A stretch of DNA of 64,000 nucleotides, taken from Nitrospirota bacterium. GTDB taxonomy: Bacteria; Nitrospirota; Thermodesulfovibrionia; Thermodesulfovibrionales; Dissulfurispiraceae. Positions 33,001-43,447 of this stretch are shown in pieces. The position numbers were made by a program, and so were the translations under genes. The notes beneath the pieces were generated by a model. The model ran no database searches. It saw only the letters and a list, made by a program, of their open reading frames with translations, and was not told the origin of the DNA. The first letter of the stretch is position 1. Every line of letters starts with the position of its first letter. The stretch lies in assembly GCA_963790025.1 (NCBI GenBank), contig CAWBMP010000004.1, positions 1,672,177-1,736,176 on the forward strand, in the 5' to 3' direction.

Positions 33001-33163
33001 ATCCGAAATGCGCCGTCCGCTCGGCATCTCTATTGTGGGCGGTCTCATCTTCAGCCAAATGCTCACACTCTATACTACGCCGGTTGTATACCTCTATCTT
33101 GACCGCTTCAGGTTATGGTTTGAAGGGGTAAAAGCAGGCAGAAGGCAAATGACCAGAGGCTAA
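30068..33163 (+). CDS. mdtC: RND efflux transporter subunit, MdtC/MuxC family
   Basis: [43 protein letters not shown] overlap with mdtB. Confidence 0.92.
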   Translation: MNVSEVFIKRPVATSLLTFGIVLAGVIAFRQLPVSPLPQVDFPTISVSASLPGADPETMATSVAAPLERQLGHIAGVTEMTSVNNRGATSITMQFDLDRNIDGAARDVQAAINAARGYLPPNLPSNPTYRKVNPSDAPILIIALTSETLTRAQMYDAASSIMAQKLAQVKGVGQVFVGGSSLPAVRVELNPMALSKYGISLETVRGVLSSTNANRPKGELAKGDKRWEIQTNDQLFTAKEYEPAIITYKAGAAVRLPDIAWVQDSVEDIRAAGYVNGKPSVFLVIFRQPGANIIQTVDNVRSLLPQLQAAIPGSIDLSTVVDRTPPIRGSLLNVEESLIASGILVILVVFWFLRNVRATLIPAVAILVSIVGTFAVMYLFGYSLDNLSLMALTIATGFVVDDAIVVLENITRYMEKGESPLQAAFSGTKEIAFTVLSMSVSLVAVFIPILLMGGMVGRLFREFAVTLSAAVMVSLVISLSATPMMCAVLLKPEEPRVHGAFYRISERIFNWMHSHYEHSLAWALRYSRFMIILMLLTVLTSIALFIVVPKGFFPEQDSGRLSGGVQADQHISFQAMEQKLIQIVNIIKKDPEVVYVTGFTGGGGSTTNTARMFITLQPFAKRKATAMEVIARLRKKLAMVAGAPTFLAPVQDLRIGGRIGNALYQYTLMGDNVTELNMWGQRVLQKMRTLPQLTDVNSDQQDKGLQATLVIDRNTASRLGVTPQLLDNTLYDAFGQEQVSVMYTLLNQYHVVMEVEPRFWQSPETLRDIYVSTSSGSQVPLSAFTHYEPTATALAVNHQGQFPATTISFNLAPGVSLGDAVKLIENNMRQMGLPANIRGNFAGTAQAFQASLANEPFLIMAALVTVYIVLGVLYESYVHPITILSTLPSAGVGAVLAMLISGTELNIIALIGIVLLIGIVKKNGIMMIDFALVAERKEGKSPEEAIYQACLLRFRPIMMTTMAALLGALPLAVGAGVGSEMRRPLGISIVGGLIFSQMLTLYTTPVVYLYLDRFRLWFEGVKAGRRQMTRG

Positions 33164-33201
33164 AGGCAAAGAAATACGAAAGAAAGGAAAGGACAACACT
33201 C

Positions 33202-34668
33202 ATGTTTCTACCAAAGCAAAAAAAATTTACTGTGCTGATGAAAATTATGAAAAGCTGCTTACTGCCTTTAGCTCTTTTGACCGCCTGCACGGTCGGGCCC
33301 GATTATGTTAAGCCGACAACCGTAACGCCGGCCACGTTCAAAGAATTGAAAGGTTGGAAAGTTGCGCAGCCTAGGGACACTGTTATCAAGGGCGCTTGGT
33401 GGGAGATGTTCAGCGACCCCCAGTTGAATGCACTCGAAGAGCAGGTGAATATCTCGAACCAGAATATAGCAGCAGCGGAAGCCCAGTTCCGCCAAGCGCG
33501 GGCACAGGTCCAGGCGGCACGGGCCGGCTATTACCCGACTGTTACGACTGCGCCCGCTGCCACGCGCTCGCGCAACTCATCTAATCTTGCAAAAGGTAGC
33601 AACATAGGTGGCGTGAGCACCAGCACTTTCAATGACTTCACTCTGCCTGTCGATGCGACTTGGGAACCAGATGTGTGGGGCAGGGTGCGCCGTATTGTGG
33701 AAGCTAGTCAGGCTAATGCCCAGGCGAGTGCTGCGGATGTCGAGGCCGCCAGTTTAATCGCCCACGCCGAAGTGGCACAGGATTATTTTCAGTTGAGGGT
33801 GCTTGATTCGCAAAAACAGCTTTTGGACACGACAGTGGATATTTATCAAAAATTCCTCGAACTGACAAAGAACAGGTACGCGGGTGGCGTGGCGGCCAGG
33901 TCAGATGTGCTTGTGGCGGAAACCCAGCTTAAAACTGCTCAGGCCCAGGCTATCGATGTAGGCGTTCAGCGCGCACAATTCGAACATGCGATCGCAGTGC
34001 TTATAGGAAAACCTGCCTCGGATTTCAGCATTGAGGCATCGCCCCTGGCGCACGCAGTCGTCCCTCCGGCCATTCCTGCAGGTGTGCCGTCGGAACTTCT
34101 CGAACGAAGGCCGGACATTGCTTCTGCCGAAAGGCTTGTGGCTGCCGCAAATGCACAAATAGGAGTGGCCCAGGCGGCTTTTTATCCCAATATTACTCTC
34201 AGCGCAGCCGGCGGATTGCAGTCTTCCACCATCTCTAATTGGTTTACTTGGCCGAGTCGTTTTTGGGCGATCGGGACGACACTCTCGGAGACCTTATTCG
34301 ACGCAGGGTTAAGGAGTGCGCTCACTGACGAAGCCCGTGCAGCTTATGACGCGAGTGTAGCGACATACCGCCAGACAGTGCTCGCGGCATTTCAGGATGT
34401 AGAAGATAATCTGGCTGCGCTCCGCATCCTGGAGCAGGAGGCCCGGGTGCAGGGTGAAGCTGTGAAGGCCGCGCAGCAATCCGTTACAGTGTTTAGAAAT
34501 CAGTATAAAGCCGGAACGGCCAGCGCTCTCGATGTGATAGTAGTTCAGGCCACAGAGTTGGCTAGCGAAAGGACCGAGATTACCTTGCTCGGCAGCCGGA
34601 TGACAGCAGGCGTGCTTCTTATCAAAGCATTGGGAGGCGGATGGAACGCGGCGGAACTGCAACCGTGA
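33202..34668 (+). CDS. Outer-membrane efflux lipoprotein (NodT/OprM family)
   Basis: Lipobox LTAC-TVGPDY, WEPDVWGR, PSELLERRPDI, LIKALGGGW. Confidence 0.92.
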   Translation: MFLPKQKKFTVLMKIMKSCLLPLALLTACTVGPDYVKPTTVTPATFKELKGWKVAQPRDTVIKGAWWEMFSDPQLNALEEQVNISNQNIAAAEAQFRQARAQVQAARAGYYPTVTTAPAATRSRNSSNLAKGSNIGGVSTSTFNDFTLPVDATWEPDVWGRVRRIVEASQANAQASAADVEAASLIAHAEVAQDYFQLRVLDSQKQLLDTTVDIYQKFLELTKNRYAGGVAARSDVLVAETQLKTAQAQAIDVGVQRAQFEHAIAVLIGKPASDFSIEASPLAHAVVPPAIPAGVPSELLERRPDIASAERLVAAANAQIGVAQAAFYPNITLSAAGGLQSSTISNWFTWPSRFWAIGTTLSETLFDAGLRSALTDEARAAYDASVATYRQTVLAAFQDVEDNLAALRILEQEARVQGEAVKAAQQSVTVFRNQYKAGTASALDVIVVQATELASERTEITLLGSRMTAGVLLIKALGGGWNAAELQP

Positions 34669-34706
34669 GCGCCCCTTCGCGCACCACATTGCGGGCGGCC
34701 TTATCT

Positions 34707-35252
34707 TCAAGAAACTGAACGATTCTCTCTGAGAATGTCCTCCTTGCTTGCATAGCGATCTTTTTTCTTCAAAAGCAGCCACGACTTCCCGTTCCTTTCC
34801 GTTTTTACCAGTGCGAATTCACCCTGAAGCTTTTCTCCGGCGAGGACAAACTTCATATTCCCTTTTCTTAATCCGTCCAGAAGAAGCCTCTCACTTTCTT
34901 TTCTATCTTCTGCCGAAGGGTGATGATAAAAGCCCCTGTCCCAGATGATCACGCTTCCTGCACCGTAATTGCCCTCCGGGATGACCCCTTCAAAATCTTT
35001 GTAATCAAACGGATGGTCTTCAACCATTATTGCCAGTCTTTTTATGGAAGGGTCCAGCGAGGGCCCCTTCGGTACGGCCCAGCTCTTGAGGACCCCTTCC
35101 AGTTCAAGTCTGAGATCATAATGAAGGTTCCGGGCCGCATGCTTATGAACAATAAAAATGAGATGGTCTCCATTAGGGCGAAGCCCTGGTTTTGGTTCGG
35201 GCGTTTTCCCGGATTTCCGTTTGAGTTCGTAATCCTTTAATATGGAAGTCAT
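34707..35252 (-). pseudogene. ligD: LigD 3'-phosphoesterase domain only (truncated ligD or stand-alone PE)
   Basis: FIVHKHAARNLHYDLRLE, LKSWAVPKGPSLDP, VEDHP, YGAG.V.IWD.G; stops directly after ILRENRSVS. Confidence 0.65.
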
Positions 35253-35253
35253 G

Positions 35254-35340
35254 TCATAGATATGGGAGCTTCTGTTCTTTCATGAGCACCTCTACATCCA
35301 CAAAGTTGATACATCCTTTCCAGATCGCTCTTCCAGCCAT
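35254..35340 (-). pseudogene. ku: Ku N-terminal remnant (28 aa)
   Basis: Not in ORF track. MAGRAIWKGCINFVDVEV... resembles the bacterial Ku N-terminus (RAIWKGxIxFG); its stop is 1 nt before the ligD start. Confidence 0.65.
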
Positions 35341-35456
35341 TGAAATTTCCCTGCAGTTCTTTCCTATAAGAGAAGTATCGCATAAAATTTACCGGTGTCA
35401 AGTGTTAGGTGGTGGGTCAGGTTGACAAATGGTGGAATCAATCCCAAAATTAAAAT

Positions 35457-36167
35457 ATGAAAATCTATACCGGCACGAGCGGGTACGGGTACACTGAATG
35501 GAAAGGAATATTTTATCCTCAAAAGATCTCGCCCAAGGAAATGCTTCGCTTCTATTCGGGACGTCTCGGCGCGGTTGAGATCAACAATACTTTTTATCAC
35601 ATGCCTACAGAGCGCATTCTGAAGTCCTGGGCAGAACAGGTCCCCGACGATTTTATTTTCGCGAGCAAAGCCCCTCAGATCATAACGCATCTGAAGCTGT
35701 TGAGAAATGTGGGCGAGGAGACAGAGTACCTTTTCAGGGCACTGTCAGTTTTAGGGAAGAAACTGGGGCCGGTCTTTTTTCAGTTTCCCAGGACTTTCCA
35801 TGAGGACTACTCTGCGCTAAGAGATTTTCTCGATCTGATACCCGGAAATATGTCCTGTGCATTCGAGTTCCGCAGCCCATCCTGGCTCCATGTTGGAATT
35901 CTGGACCTCCTTCATGAAAGGGGGTGCAGCCTGTGCATCGCGGATACTGATGAGAATCCGGCAAATGAGATCATCAATACTGCGCCGTGGGGGTACCTGC
36001 GCCTGCGCCGTTCCGATTATGCAGAGGCTGATCTGTCACAATGGTTGGAAAGGATCCGTTCTCAAAAATGGGAGAAGGCCTTCGTTTTCTTTAAACACGA
36101 GGAAGAAGCCAAGGGTCCCCAAATGGCTATGCTGTTTCATGAACTTTCAACATTGAAATTGCGATGA
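35457..36167 (+). CDS. DUF72 (YecE-like) protein
   Basis: GTSGY.Y.EWKG.FYP, VEINNTFY, KAPQ.ITH, FQFP, FEFR, YLRLR. Confidence 0.88.
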   Translation: MKIYTGTSGYGYTEWKGIFYPQKISPKEMLRFYSGRLGAVEINNTFYHMPTERILKSWAEQVPDDFIFASKAPQIITHLKLLRNVGEETEYLFRALSVLGKKLGPVFFQFPRTFHEDYSALRDFLDLIPGNMSCAFEFRSPSWLHVGILDLLHERGCSLCIADTDENPANEIINTAPWGYLRLRRSDYAEADLSQWLERIRSQKWEKAFVFFKHEEEAKGPQMAMLFHELSTLKLR

Positions 36168-36352
36168 TATAAAGTTATGGGAATGAAAGGGCAACATTCA
36201 TACAGGCTTAATTGGCTATCTTTGATAATTGGAAGATAATTTGGGACACATACCAATAAATTGACAGAAAAGGAGATAAGCACTAAAATAGCCTGATGCC
36301 TGGAATAGAGGAAGGCCGAAAAAGAGACTGAAAAAAGCGGAAGAAGTATATA

Positions 36353-36520
36353 ATGGTTCCAAAATGTCCAAAATGCGGTAGCACTGTAAGTGTTGTAACC
36401 GATATATCGTATGTTCCTTATGATAAAGGTTACGCCACAGGCTACTGCGAAAATCCGGAATGCAAAACAAAGATTCGCATTGAGTACGTTATAACAATTT
36501 CGAGATACGAGGCAGAGTGA
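36353..36520 (+). CDS. Small C4 zinc-finger protein (55 aa), Ogr/Delta-like spacing
   Basis: Not in ORF track. MVPKCPKCGSTVSVVTDISYVPYDKGYATGYCENPECKTKIRIEYVITISRYEAE; Cx2C-x23-Cx4C. Confidence 0.6.
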   Translation: MVPKCPKCGSTVSVVTDISYVPYDKGYATGYCENPECKTKIRIEYVITISRYEAE

Positions 36521-36645
36521 AGAAATTTAGCGAGGTGTGAATTGAGTCATAAACTTTGTACCTGGTGGTTAGGTTATTTGTTGGCAAGTCCATTGATACG
36601 CCTCTCGGCAAGGCCCCAGGGCCGGGTATGCTATAATTACAAGTT

Positions 36646-37926
36646 ATGAGAATTTTAAGGAAAAAGAATGAAATTGAGGCCTTTCTCAACCTGCTCAGGA
36701 AACGGGCTGTCGGTGTTGATCCGGGTATCGAGAAGGCAGTGCGGGCGATACTGGCTGATGTCAGGAAGAGTGGTGATAGTTCGGTCGAAAAATATACCCG
36801 CAGGTTCGACAGGCATGATTTGCCCTTAAAGTTGAAGGCTGCGGAAATAAAAAAATATGCGGCAAAGGCTGATAAAAATATTGTCAAGGCGCTGGAAGTC
36901 TCTGCAACCAGGATCAGGAGTTTTCATGAAAAACAAAGGGAGCTGTCATGGTCATATGAGCTGGATGGTGAAGTACTGGGGCAGATAATCAGACCGCTTG
37001 CCCGTGTAGGGGTCTATGTGCCAGGCGGCAAGGCGTCATACCCGTCAACAGTATTGATGAATGTGATTCCCGCGCAGGTGGCAGGGGTGGACGAAATTGC
37101 CCTGTGCGTGCCCACTCCTGGGGGAGAAATAAACCCTTATGTTATGGCTGCAATAGAGCTTCTCGGAGTACGTGAGGTGTACAGGATAGGCGGGGCCCAG
37201 GCTGTCGGCGCCATGGCCTGCGGTACAAAGACCATAAATAAAGTGGATAAAATAGTCGGCCCCGGAAATATTTACGTGGCGCTGGCAAAAAAATTTGTAT
37301 ACGGCGAAGTGGCAATTGACATGATTGCGGGTCCGAGTGAGATATTGATAATAGCCGATGCAACAGCAAACCCCGCTTTTGTTGCAGCAGATATATTAAG
37401 CCAGGCTGAGCATGATGAGCTTGCTTCCAGCGTTTTGATAACTGATTCTGAGAGGCTCATAAGCGAAGTGGTCTTTGAGCTTCAAAAGCAGATCAAGTGC
37501 TTAAAGAGAATGGAAATCACAAAGAGATCGTTAAAACGGTTTGGCGCTATGATCCTGACCAAAGACATCAGAAAGGCCGCTGACATTGCGAACAGTATAG
37601 CGCCCGAGCATCTTGAGATTATGACAGGGAGCCCTGAAAAAGTCCTTGATTTTATTCATAATGCTGGTGCTGTCTTCCTGGGTCCCTGGACGCCTGAACC
37701 CTTGGGCGATTATGCGGCAGGACCTAATCACACTCTTCCCACCGGGGGCACCGCCAGGTTTTCATCACCACTAGGCGTGTATGATTTTATCAAAAGAATG
37801 AGTCTCTTGGAATTTAACAGGAAGAGTTTTATGCGACTGGCGCAAACGGTAGAGAAGATCGCCGGAGTTGAAGGTCTTGAGGCACATGCCAATACAATCA
37901 GGATCAGGCGAGCAGCAGTTCAATAA
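36646..37926 (+). CDS. hisD: Histidinol dehydrogenase
   Basis: GVYVPGGKASYPS, GGAQAV, GPGNIYV, IDMIAGPSE, SQAEHD, APEHL, GPNHTLPT. Confidence 0.97.
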   Translation: MRILRKKNEIEAFLNLLRKRAVGVDPGIEKAVRAILADVRKSGDSSVEKYTRRFDRHDLPLKLKAAEIKKYAAKADKNIVKALEVSATRIRSFHEKQRELSWSYELDGEVLGQIIRPLARVGVYVPGGKASYPSTVLMNVIPAQVAGVDEIALCVPTPGGEINPYVMAAIELLGVREVYRIGGAQAVGAMACGTKTINKVDKIVGPGNIYVALAKKFVYGEVAIDMIAGPSEILIIADATANPAFVAADILSQAEHDELASSVLITDSERLISEVVFELQKQIKCLKRMEITKRSLKRFGAMILTKDIRKAADIANSIAPEHLEIMTGSPEKVLDFIHNAGAVFLGPWTPEPLGDYAAGPNHTLPTGGTARFSSPLGVYDFIKRMSLLEFNRKSFMRLAQTVEKIAGVEGLEAHANTIRIRRAAVQ

Positions 37927-38215
37927 TTCTATATCCGCCACAGGGAGGATGTGAACCGTCCTCCCTGAAATCACATCCGTCAACCAGAAAATCGCATTTC
38001 TCGCAGACAACCTTTTTTATCTCATCATCCGCTGTAAAAGTATATTCTGCCGGACGCTCGCAGGCTTTTGACAAGCTAAGGATTGACCGGAGTTCGCCAG
38101 GCGTAAGATTATTTCTGAGAAACAGATAAGTGCCGCAGTAGAGGTCCTCTTTGCCCTCTTTGTAAAATTGACAGAAATTTTTGCAGATTATGCAGGTATA
38201 GTCCTTGTCTTTCAT
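37904..38215 (-). CDS. Cys-rich hypothetical protein
   Basis: 103 aa; CxxCxxxC...C and CxxC-x6-C...CGGY clusters; ATGA overlap with cutA. Confidence 0.65.
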   Translation of the reverse strand: MKDKDYTCIICKNFCQFYKEGKEDLYCGTYLFLRNNLTPGELRSILSLSKACERPAEYTFTADDEIKKVVCEKCDFLVDGCDFREDGSHPPCGGYRIIELLLA

Positions 38216-38529
38216 AATCCGGTAACTTCTTCAAGCCACTTGAGGTAGTCTTCGGAACCTTCAACAACCGGCAACGCAATCACCTCTGGAATTGTGTAGC
38301 TGTGCAGTTCCTTTACTCTCTTTTCAAGCGATTCAAAAAGATGTTTCCGTGTTTTGATAATCATTAGGACCTCCGTATCGTCCTCAATCTTGTCCTTCCA
38401 GCGGTAAATGGAGCGCACATGGCTGACGATATTTACACAGGCTGCGAGCCGCTCTTCTACGAGCGATCGAGCAATCCTTGCGCCCTCTTCCTCATTAGGC
38501 GCCGTAATATATATGATAAGAGCTTCCAT
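38212..38529 (-). CDS. cutA: Divalent-cation tolerance protein CutA
   Basis: LVEERLAACVN, SIYRW, IKT, HSYTIPEVIALPV. Confidence 0.93.
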   Translation of the reverse strand: MEALIIYITAPNEEEGARIARSLVEERLAACVNIVSHVRSIYRWKDKIEDDTEVLMIIKTRKHLFESLEKRVKELHSYTIPEVIALPVVEGSEDYLKWLEEVTGL

Positions 38530-38538
38530 AAAGCCTCC

Positions 38539-39672
38539 TCAGCAAACAACATTCATCACGCCGTTTTTCAGCAGACAAATGCTTGAGTTATCTTTTGCAA
38601 CGAGTGTAACTGTAGGCTTGAAAAAGACAAAATCCTGATGAAAGGGGGCCCTTATTTTGCCTCCGAAAGAACTGTTATCACCCAACGCAATATGTATGGT
38701 CCCTGATATCTTTTCAGATTCGAGGATGTTGTCGGGTCTTTTTGCCCTGTCATTGGTGCCGATACCGAACTCGGCAACGTTCCTGTTCTCCGGCCTATCG
38801 TCGAGTTTTGCCCTTAGGACCGTCGCGTAGGGGTCATCCCCTGACACCTCCTGCACAAGGCCATCTTTAATCAGCAGGGTTACCGCTTTATTTAACCGTC
38901 GGGTCGGGGCCCATTCCAGGACCAGGATACCTTGAGCGGTCCCCTCAAGGGGAGCAAAAAAGACCTCTCCGGCCGGGAGGTTCCCGAATGCCCCGACTTT
39001 GGTAAGTATGCCGGTATCAGCCAGCGCCTTTCGGCCTTTTTTTGATACGGTAAGATTAGAGCCGTTGGGAGTGGCCACATTCAGCGTTTCCGCACTGTTG
39101 ACCACCTTTGCCATTGCCAGGGTCTTTTTTGACAGGGCCTTCCAGTCAGCCATCATCGGGCCCTCGAACATGTCCATATCAAATAGGGGCATGCTGGCAT
39201 AACGGCTGCCGCACAGGCCCGTTAAAAAATTTCTGAACTGGGTATGACTTGTAGAGTAATTGGAAAGGGCAATTACGGCATCAACTGCGGAATTCTTATG
39301 TTTGCTGATAATACCTTCCGCCTTAACTGTCTCTTCTGCGGCAAGCGTCTTCTCTATAAGCGCATCGAGAAGGCCTGCTTTTTTTAACTCGTTAATCGCC
39401 CTGTCACCAAAGGCGCTGCGCCATAGGTCCTCAGGCGGTTCTGCACCGTGGCTTCCCGTGGCTGCAAATTCATGATAGAGGATTTTTTTAGCATACGCCT
39501 TACCGATCTCAGAGGCCAAAAGCGCTATGTCCCTGAGCCGTTCCCTTCTGCAGCATTCCTGCTCATTGACCTCTTCCGCTCCTGAAAGGGAGTCCGTAAA
39601 GACCAACACCCGTTCATGGCGCCGGATTCCGAGATTAGCTGTAAAGATGGACCTGATTGCTGAAGTAATCAT
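38539..39672 (-). CDS. Aminopeptidase, M29 (thermophilic metalloprotease)-like
   Basis: GNLPAGEVF.AP, VAEFGIGTN, LESEKI.GTIHIALG, HQD. Confidence 0.8.
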   Translation of the reverse strand: MITSAIRSIFTANLGIRRHERVLVFTDSLSGAEEVNEQECCRRERLRDIALLASEIGKAYAKKILYHEFAATGSHGAEPPEDLWRSAFGDRAINELKKAGLLDALIEKTLAAEETVKAEGIISKHKNSAVDAVIALSNYSTSHTQFRNFLTGLCGSRYASMPLFDMDMFEGPMMADWKALSKKTLAMAKVVNSAETLNVATPNGSNLTVSKKGRKALADTGILTKVGAFGNLPAGEVFFAPLEGTAQGILVLEWAPTRRLNKAVTLLIKDGLVQEVSGDDPYATVLRAKLDDRPENRNVAEFGIGTNDRAKRPDNILESEKISGTIHIALGDNSSFGGKIRAPFHQDFVFFKPTVTLVAKDNSSICLLKNGVMNVVC

Positions 39673-39694
39673 GGCACTCCTGCAGCCTCGTTAA

Positions 39695-41128
39695 TTATGC
39701 GAAAGCCAATTCCATCTGCTCGTTTTGCATCCCTGGGAATTCAATAGGATATTTGTTATCGAAGCAGGCAGTGCAAAAATTTTCGGGATTGGGGATGACT
39801 TTCTTCAGGCCGTCAATGCTCATATAGGCAAGGCTGTCTGCGGTTATATACTTTCTTATCTCTTCGGTAAGGTGGCTTGAGGCGATGAGCTCGTATCGTG
39901 TAGGTGTATCTATACCATAGAAGCAGGGGCCTACAGTCGGGGGGGAGCATATTCTCATGTGTACCTCTTTTGCGCCCCCGATTTCCCTGATCATTTTTAC
40001 TATCTTCTTGCTCGTAGTGCCGCGAACAATGGAGTCGTCGACAACGACCACACGTTTCCCCTGTAAAAGGTCCCGTACCGCGTTGAGTTTTATTTTCACC
40101 CCGAAATGCCGGATGGTTTGTTTGGGCTCTATAAACGTCCTCCCTATGTAGTGGTTTCTTATGAGTCCGAAATCAAAAGGTATGTTTGACTGTTCTGCAA
40201 AGCCGATAGCCGCAGGTACTCCTGAATCGGGAACAGGCACTACAATGTCAGCGTCAATATAGGATTCCAGGGCCAGTTGCCTCCCTAAGCTCTTGCGCAC
40301 GGTGTTTACGCATGAATGGTTGAAAATATAACTGTCGGGGCGGGCAAAGTATATATATTCAAAAACACAATGGGCCTTTCGTGGGCTTTGCAGCGCCCTT
40401 ACTGAACGCAGACCGTTTTGGTCTATTACGACCAATTCGCCCGGTTCCACGTCTCTTATATACTCGGCGCCGATCAGATCAAACGCGCAGGTCTCAGAGG
40501 CAGCAACATAAGCCCCGTCTACAGTACCGATGGAAAGAGGTCTGACGCCATAAGGGTCCCGCGCAATGATCATTTCGGATTCCCTGAGGAACAGAAGGCT
40601 GTATGCGCCGCTTACATTGCCGAGAGCTTCAATAATACGTTCGTATGGGTTCTCGTACCTTGATCGTGCAATCAGATGGAGGAGCACTTCGCTGTCTGAT
40701 GACGAATGGAAGATGGCCCCTTCAGTCTCAAGTGTCGACCTTACCTGCTCGGCGTTGACCAAGTTACCGTTGTGAGCGAGGGCTATGGAGCCGAGTGCGT
40801 AGTTTGCCATGAGGGGTTGGACATTCTTGAGTCCGCCGCCCCCGGCTGTTGAATACCGGTTATGACCTATGGCAATTGAACCGGGCAGACGTTTCAGCCG
40901 CTTCTCGCTGAAGACGTCTGCTACGAGGCCGAGTGACCTTTCGCAATAGAGGTCCTTGCCGTCGGAAGAACAAATGCCGGCCCCTTCCTGGCCGCGGTGC
41001 TGCTGGGCATAAAGTCCGAGATATGTAAGATTTGCTGCTTCTGGATGGTTAAAAACTCCGAATATGCCGCATTCTTCATGAATATCATGAATGGGCAAGG
41101 CACGTAGCCTGTAACATCTCGGTTTCAT
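39695..41128 (-). CDS. purF: Amidophosphoribosyltransferase
   Basis: EECGIFG propeptide/Cys1, QHRGQEGAG, GHNRYST, VVVDDSIVRGTT, CFYGID, CTACF. Confidence 0.97.
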   Translation of the reverse strand: MKPRCYRLRALPIHDIHEECGIFGVFNHPEAANLTYLGLYAQQHRGQEGAGICSSDGKDLYCERSLGLVADVFSEKRLKRLPGSIAIGHNRYSTAGGGGLKNVQPLMANYALGSIALAHNGNLVNAEQVRSTLETEGAIFHSSSDSEVLLHLIARSRYENPYERIIEALGNVSGAYSLLFLRESEMIIARDPYGVRPLSIGTVDGAYVAASETCAFDLIGAEYIRDVEPGELVVIDQNGLRSVRALQSPRKAHCVFEYIYFARPDSYIFNHSCVNTVRKSLGRQLALESYIDADIVVPVPDSGVPAAIGFAEQSNIPFDFGLIRNHYIGRTFIEPKQTIRHFGVKIKLNAVRDLLQGKRVVVVDDSIVRGTTSKKIVKMIREIGGAKEVHMRICSPPTVGPCFYGIDTPTRYELIASSHLTEEIRKYITADSLAYMSIDGLKKVIPNPENFCTACFDNKYPIEFPGMQNEQMELAFA

Positions 41129-41257
41129 ACAATTAAACTCTCTTTAATCGTGCCATGACGCTCATGGGCATGATCTGCATAGGGACATTAGAGAAATATC
41201 CCGTGCTCATCTATAATATAAGAAACATCCAATTTTTATTTATTTTAACATAAACAG

Positions 41258-43270
41258 ATGGGTGAATTTAAATTAAAGACCGACTTCACTCCCAAAGGAG
41301 ACCAGCCGAAGGCGATAGATGAGTTGACCGGAGGGGTAATCAAGGGCCTCAGGCAGCAGGTACTTCTCGGCGTCACCGGTTCGGGCAAGACATTTACTAT
41401 TGCACATGTTATTGCCAATCTGGGCAAACCGGCCCTTATAATTGCGCACAACAAGGCGCTGGCAGCACAACTGTATGGAGAATTCAAAGAGTTGTTCCCG
41501 GAGAACGCAGTGGAGTTTTTCGTGAGCTATTATGACTACTATCAGCCTGAAGCCTATCTCCCGACCACGGACACCTATATAGAGAAAGATTCCTTGGTGA
41601 ATGACGATATAGACCGGCTCAGGCATTCCGCCACAATGTCTATCCTGGAAAGAAAAGATGTTATTGTTGTTGCTTCTGTGTCCTGTATTTACGGTATTGG
41701 CTCACCCGAAGATTACCTTGGCATGCAGATATTTCTCGAGGAGGGCATGAGGACCGGAAGGGACGAACTTTTACGGCGGCTCGTGGACATCCTTTATGTA
41801 CGGTCTGATGCGGAGTTTAAGAGGGGTAATTTCAGGGTGCGGGGCGATATGGTTGAAGTCTACCCGGCATTTTATCATGACAGGGCAGTGAGGATAGATT
41901 TCTTTGGTGATGATATAGATGGGCTTTACGAGTTTGATACTTTAACCGGCGAGCGGATAAGGAGGCTCCACAAACTGACCATATACCCGAACAGCCACTG
42001 GATAACCCCTGAAGAGAAATTGAAAAAGGCTTTCAAGGGTATAGAAAAAGAAGTGGAGGAACAAACCAGGTATTTCAGGAACCGGGGAGAGATCGCCTTG
42101 GCTCAGAGGATTGAGCAGCGGACACGCTTTGATCTGGAGATGCTTAAAGAGTTCGGCTATTGCCACGGAATTGAAAACTATTCCAGGCATCTGAGCGGAA
42201 GGCTTCCGGGTGAGCCTCCTTATACCCTGATCGACTACCTGATCAGCGGGCCGGCAAAAGGTGATTTTGTCATGATAATCGATGAGTCGCACGCAACAGT
42301 GCCGCAGATAGGCGGCATGTATGAGGGCGACCGCTCGAGAAAACAAACGCTTGTGGATTACGGCTTCAGACTCCCTTCCGCCCTGGACAACAGGCCGCTG
42401 CGCTTTCAGGAGTTCGAGGCCCGCATGCGCCAGACGATTTATGTATCTGCAACCCCAAGCAATTACGAACTGGAAAAATCCGGGGGCAGGGTAACAGAGC
42501 AGGTTATTCGGCCTACAGGGCTTATGGACCCCAAGATGACAGTCCGGCCTGTAAGTGGACAGGTTGACGACCTTCTTGGAGAGATACGCAAGAGGGCTCA
42601 AAAGGGAGAGCGGGTGCTGGTCACCACGCTTACTAAGAAAATGGCCGAAGACCTTACCGATTATTATACGGAAATCGGCGCCAGGGCCCGGTATCTCCAT
42701 TCCGACATCGATACACTCGAAAGAATAGAGATATTGCGGGACCTTCGGCTGGGCGCCTTCGATGTGCTGATAGGGGTCAACCTGCTTAGGGAGGGACTCG
42801 ATCTTCCCGAGGTATCGCTTGTCGCCATCTTTGACGCCGACAAGGAGGGATTTCTCCGGTCCGAGCGTTCGCTTATCCAGACTGCAGGCCGGGCTGCGCG
42901 GAACATCAACGGAGAGGTGATCCTGTATGGCGATGCAATAACACGCTCTATGAAGAAGGCCCTTGATGAGACCGAGCGGAGAAGGAAACTGCAGGCAGCG
43001 TACAATAAAAAGATGAAGATCACGCCTGAAACAATAAAAAGCAGTATTAAAGATATACTGGGCTCTATCTACGAGTCCGATTATTATACGGTGGCTGCCG
43101 TGGCAGAAGAGACGGCTGTTTACGATCTGAATGAGGACGCAGTTAAAAACCTGGAAAAAGAGATGAAAGAGGCGGCTAAAAAGCTGGATTTCGAGCATGC
43201 AGCGGAACTCAGGGATAAGGTCAAACGTATCAGAGAGAGGATACTTTTTTCGAACACAGGCAGTAAGTAA
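41258..43270 (+). CDS. uvrB: Excinuclease ABC subunit B
   Basis: [40 protein letters not shown]-terminal UVR domain. Confidence 0.98.
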   Translation: MGEFKLKTDFTPKGDQPKAIDELTGGVIKGLRQQVLLGVTGSGKTFTIAHVIANLGKPALIIAHNKALAAQLYGEFKELFPENAVEFFVSYYDYYQPEAYLPTTDTYIEKDSLVNDDIDRLRHSATMSILERKDVIVVASVSCIYGIGSPEDYLGMQIFLEEGMRTGRDELLRRLVDILYVRSDAEFKRGNFRVRGDMVEVYPAFYHDRAVRIDFFGDDIDGLYEFDTLTGERIRRLHKLTIYPNSHWITPEEKLKKAFKGIEKEVEEQTRYFRNRGEIALAQRIEQRTRFDLEMLKEFGYCHGIENYSRHLSGRLPGEPPYTLIDYLISGPAKGDFVMIIDESHATVPQIGGMYEGDRSRKQTLVDYGFRLPSALDNRPLRFQEFEARMRQTIYVSATPSNYELEKSGGRVTEQVIRPTGLMDPKMTVRPVSGQVDDLLGEIRKRAQKGERVLVTTLTKKMAEDLTDYYTEIGARARYLHSDIDTLERIEILRDLRLGAFDVLIGVNLLREGLDLPEVSLVAIFDADKEGFLRSERSLIQTAGRAARNINGEVILYGDAITRSMKKALDETERRRKLQAAYNKKMKITPETIKSSIKDILGSIYESDYYTVAAVAEETAVYDLNEDAVKNLEKEMKEAAKKLDFEHAAELRDKVKRIRERILFSNTGSK

Positions 43271-43447
43271 GATGCCGGCGAATAAATGACTTGTGCATTC
43301 AGGCGCTCAGATCTCAGGATTTCAAGCAACACTTCAAGCCAGGAATATGCACGTTGTAAAATCAAACTATTATATTATATACTTTGACAGGAAAATATTC
43401 CTTTGCCTTAGCCCGATCTCAAACCCGTCCCGGTATGGAGGCGGTTT

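Noticed and set aside
36216..36470. 84-aa minus-strand ORF in the DUF72-hisD gap
   Set aside because: No motifs; it overlaps the more plausible plus-strand zinc-finger ORF.
41942..43198. 418-aa ORF on the minus strand
   Set aside because: Antisense shadow of uvrB; no recognisable motifs.
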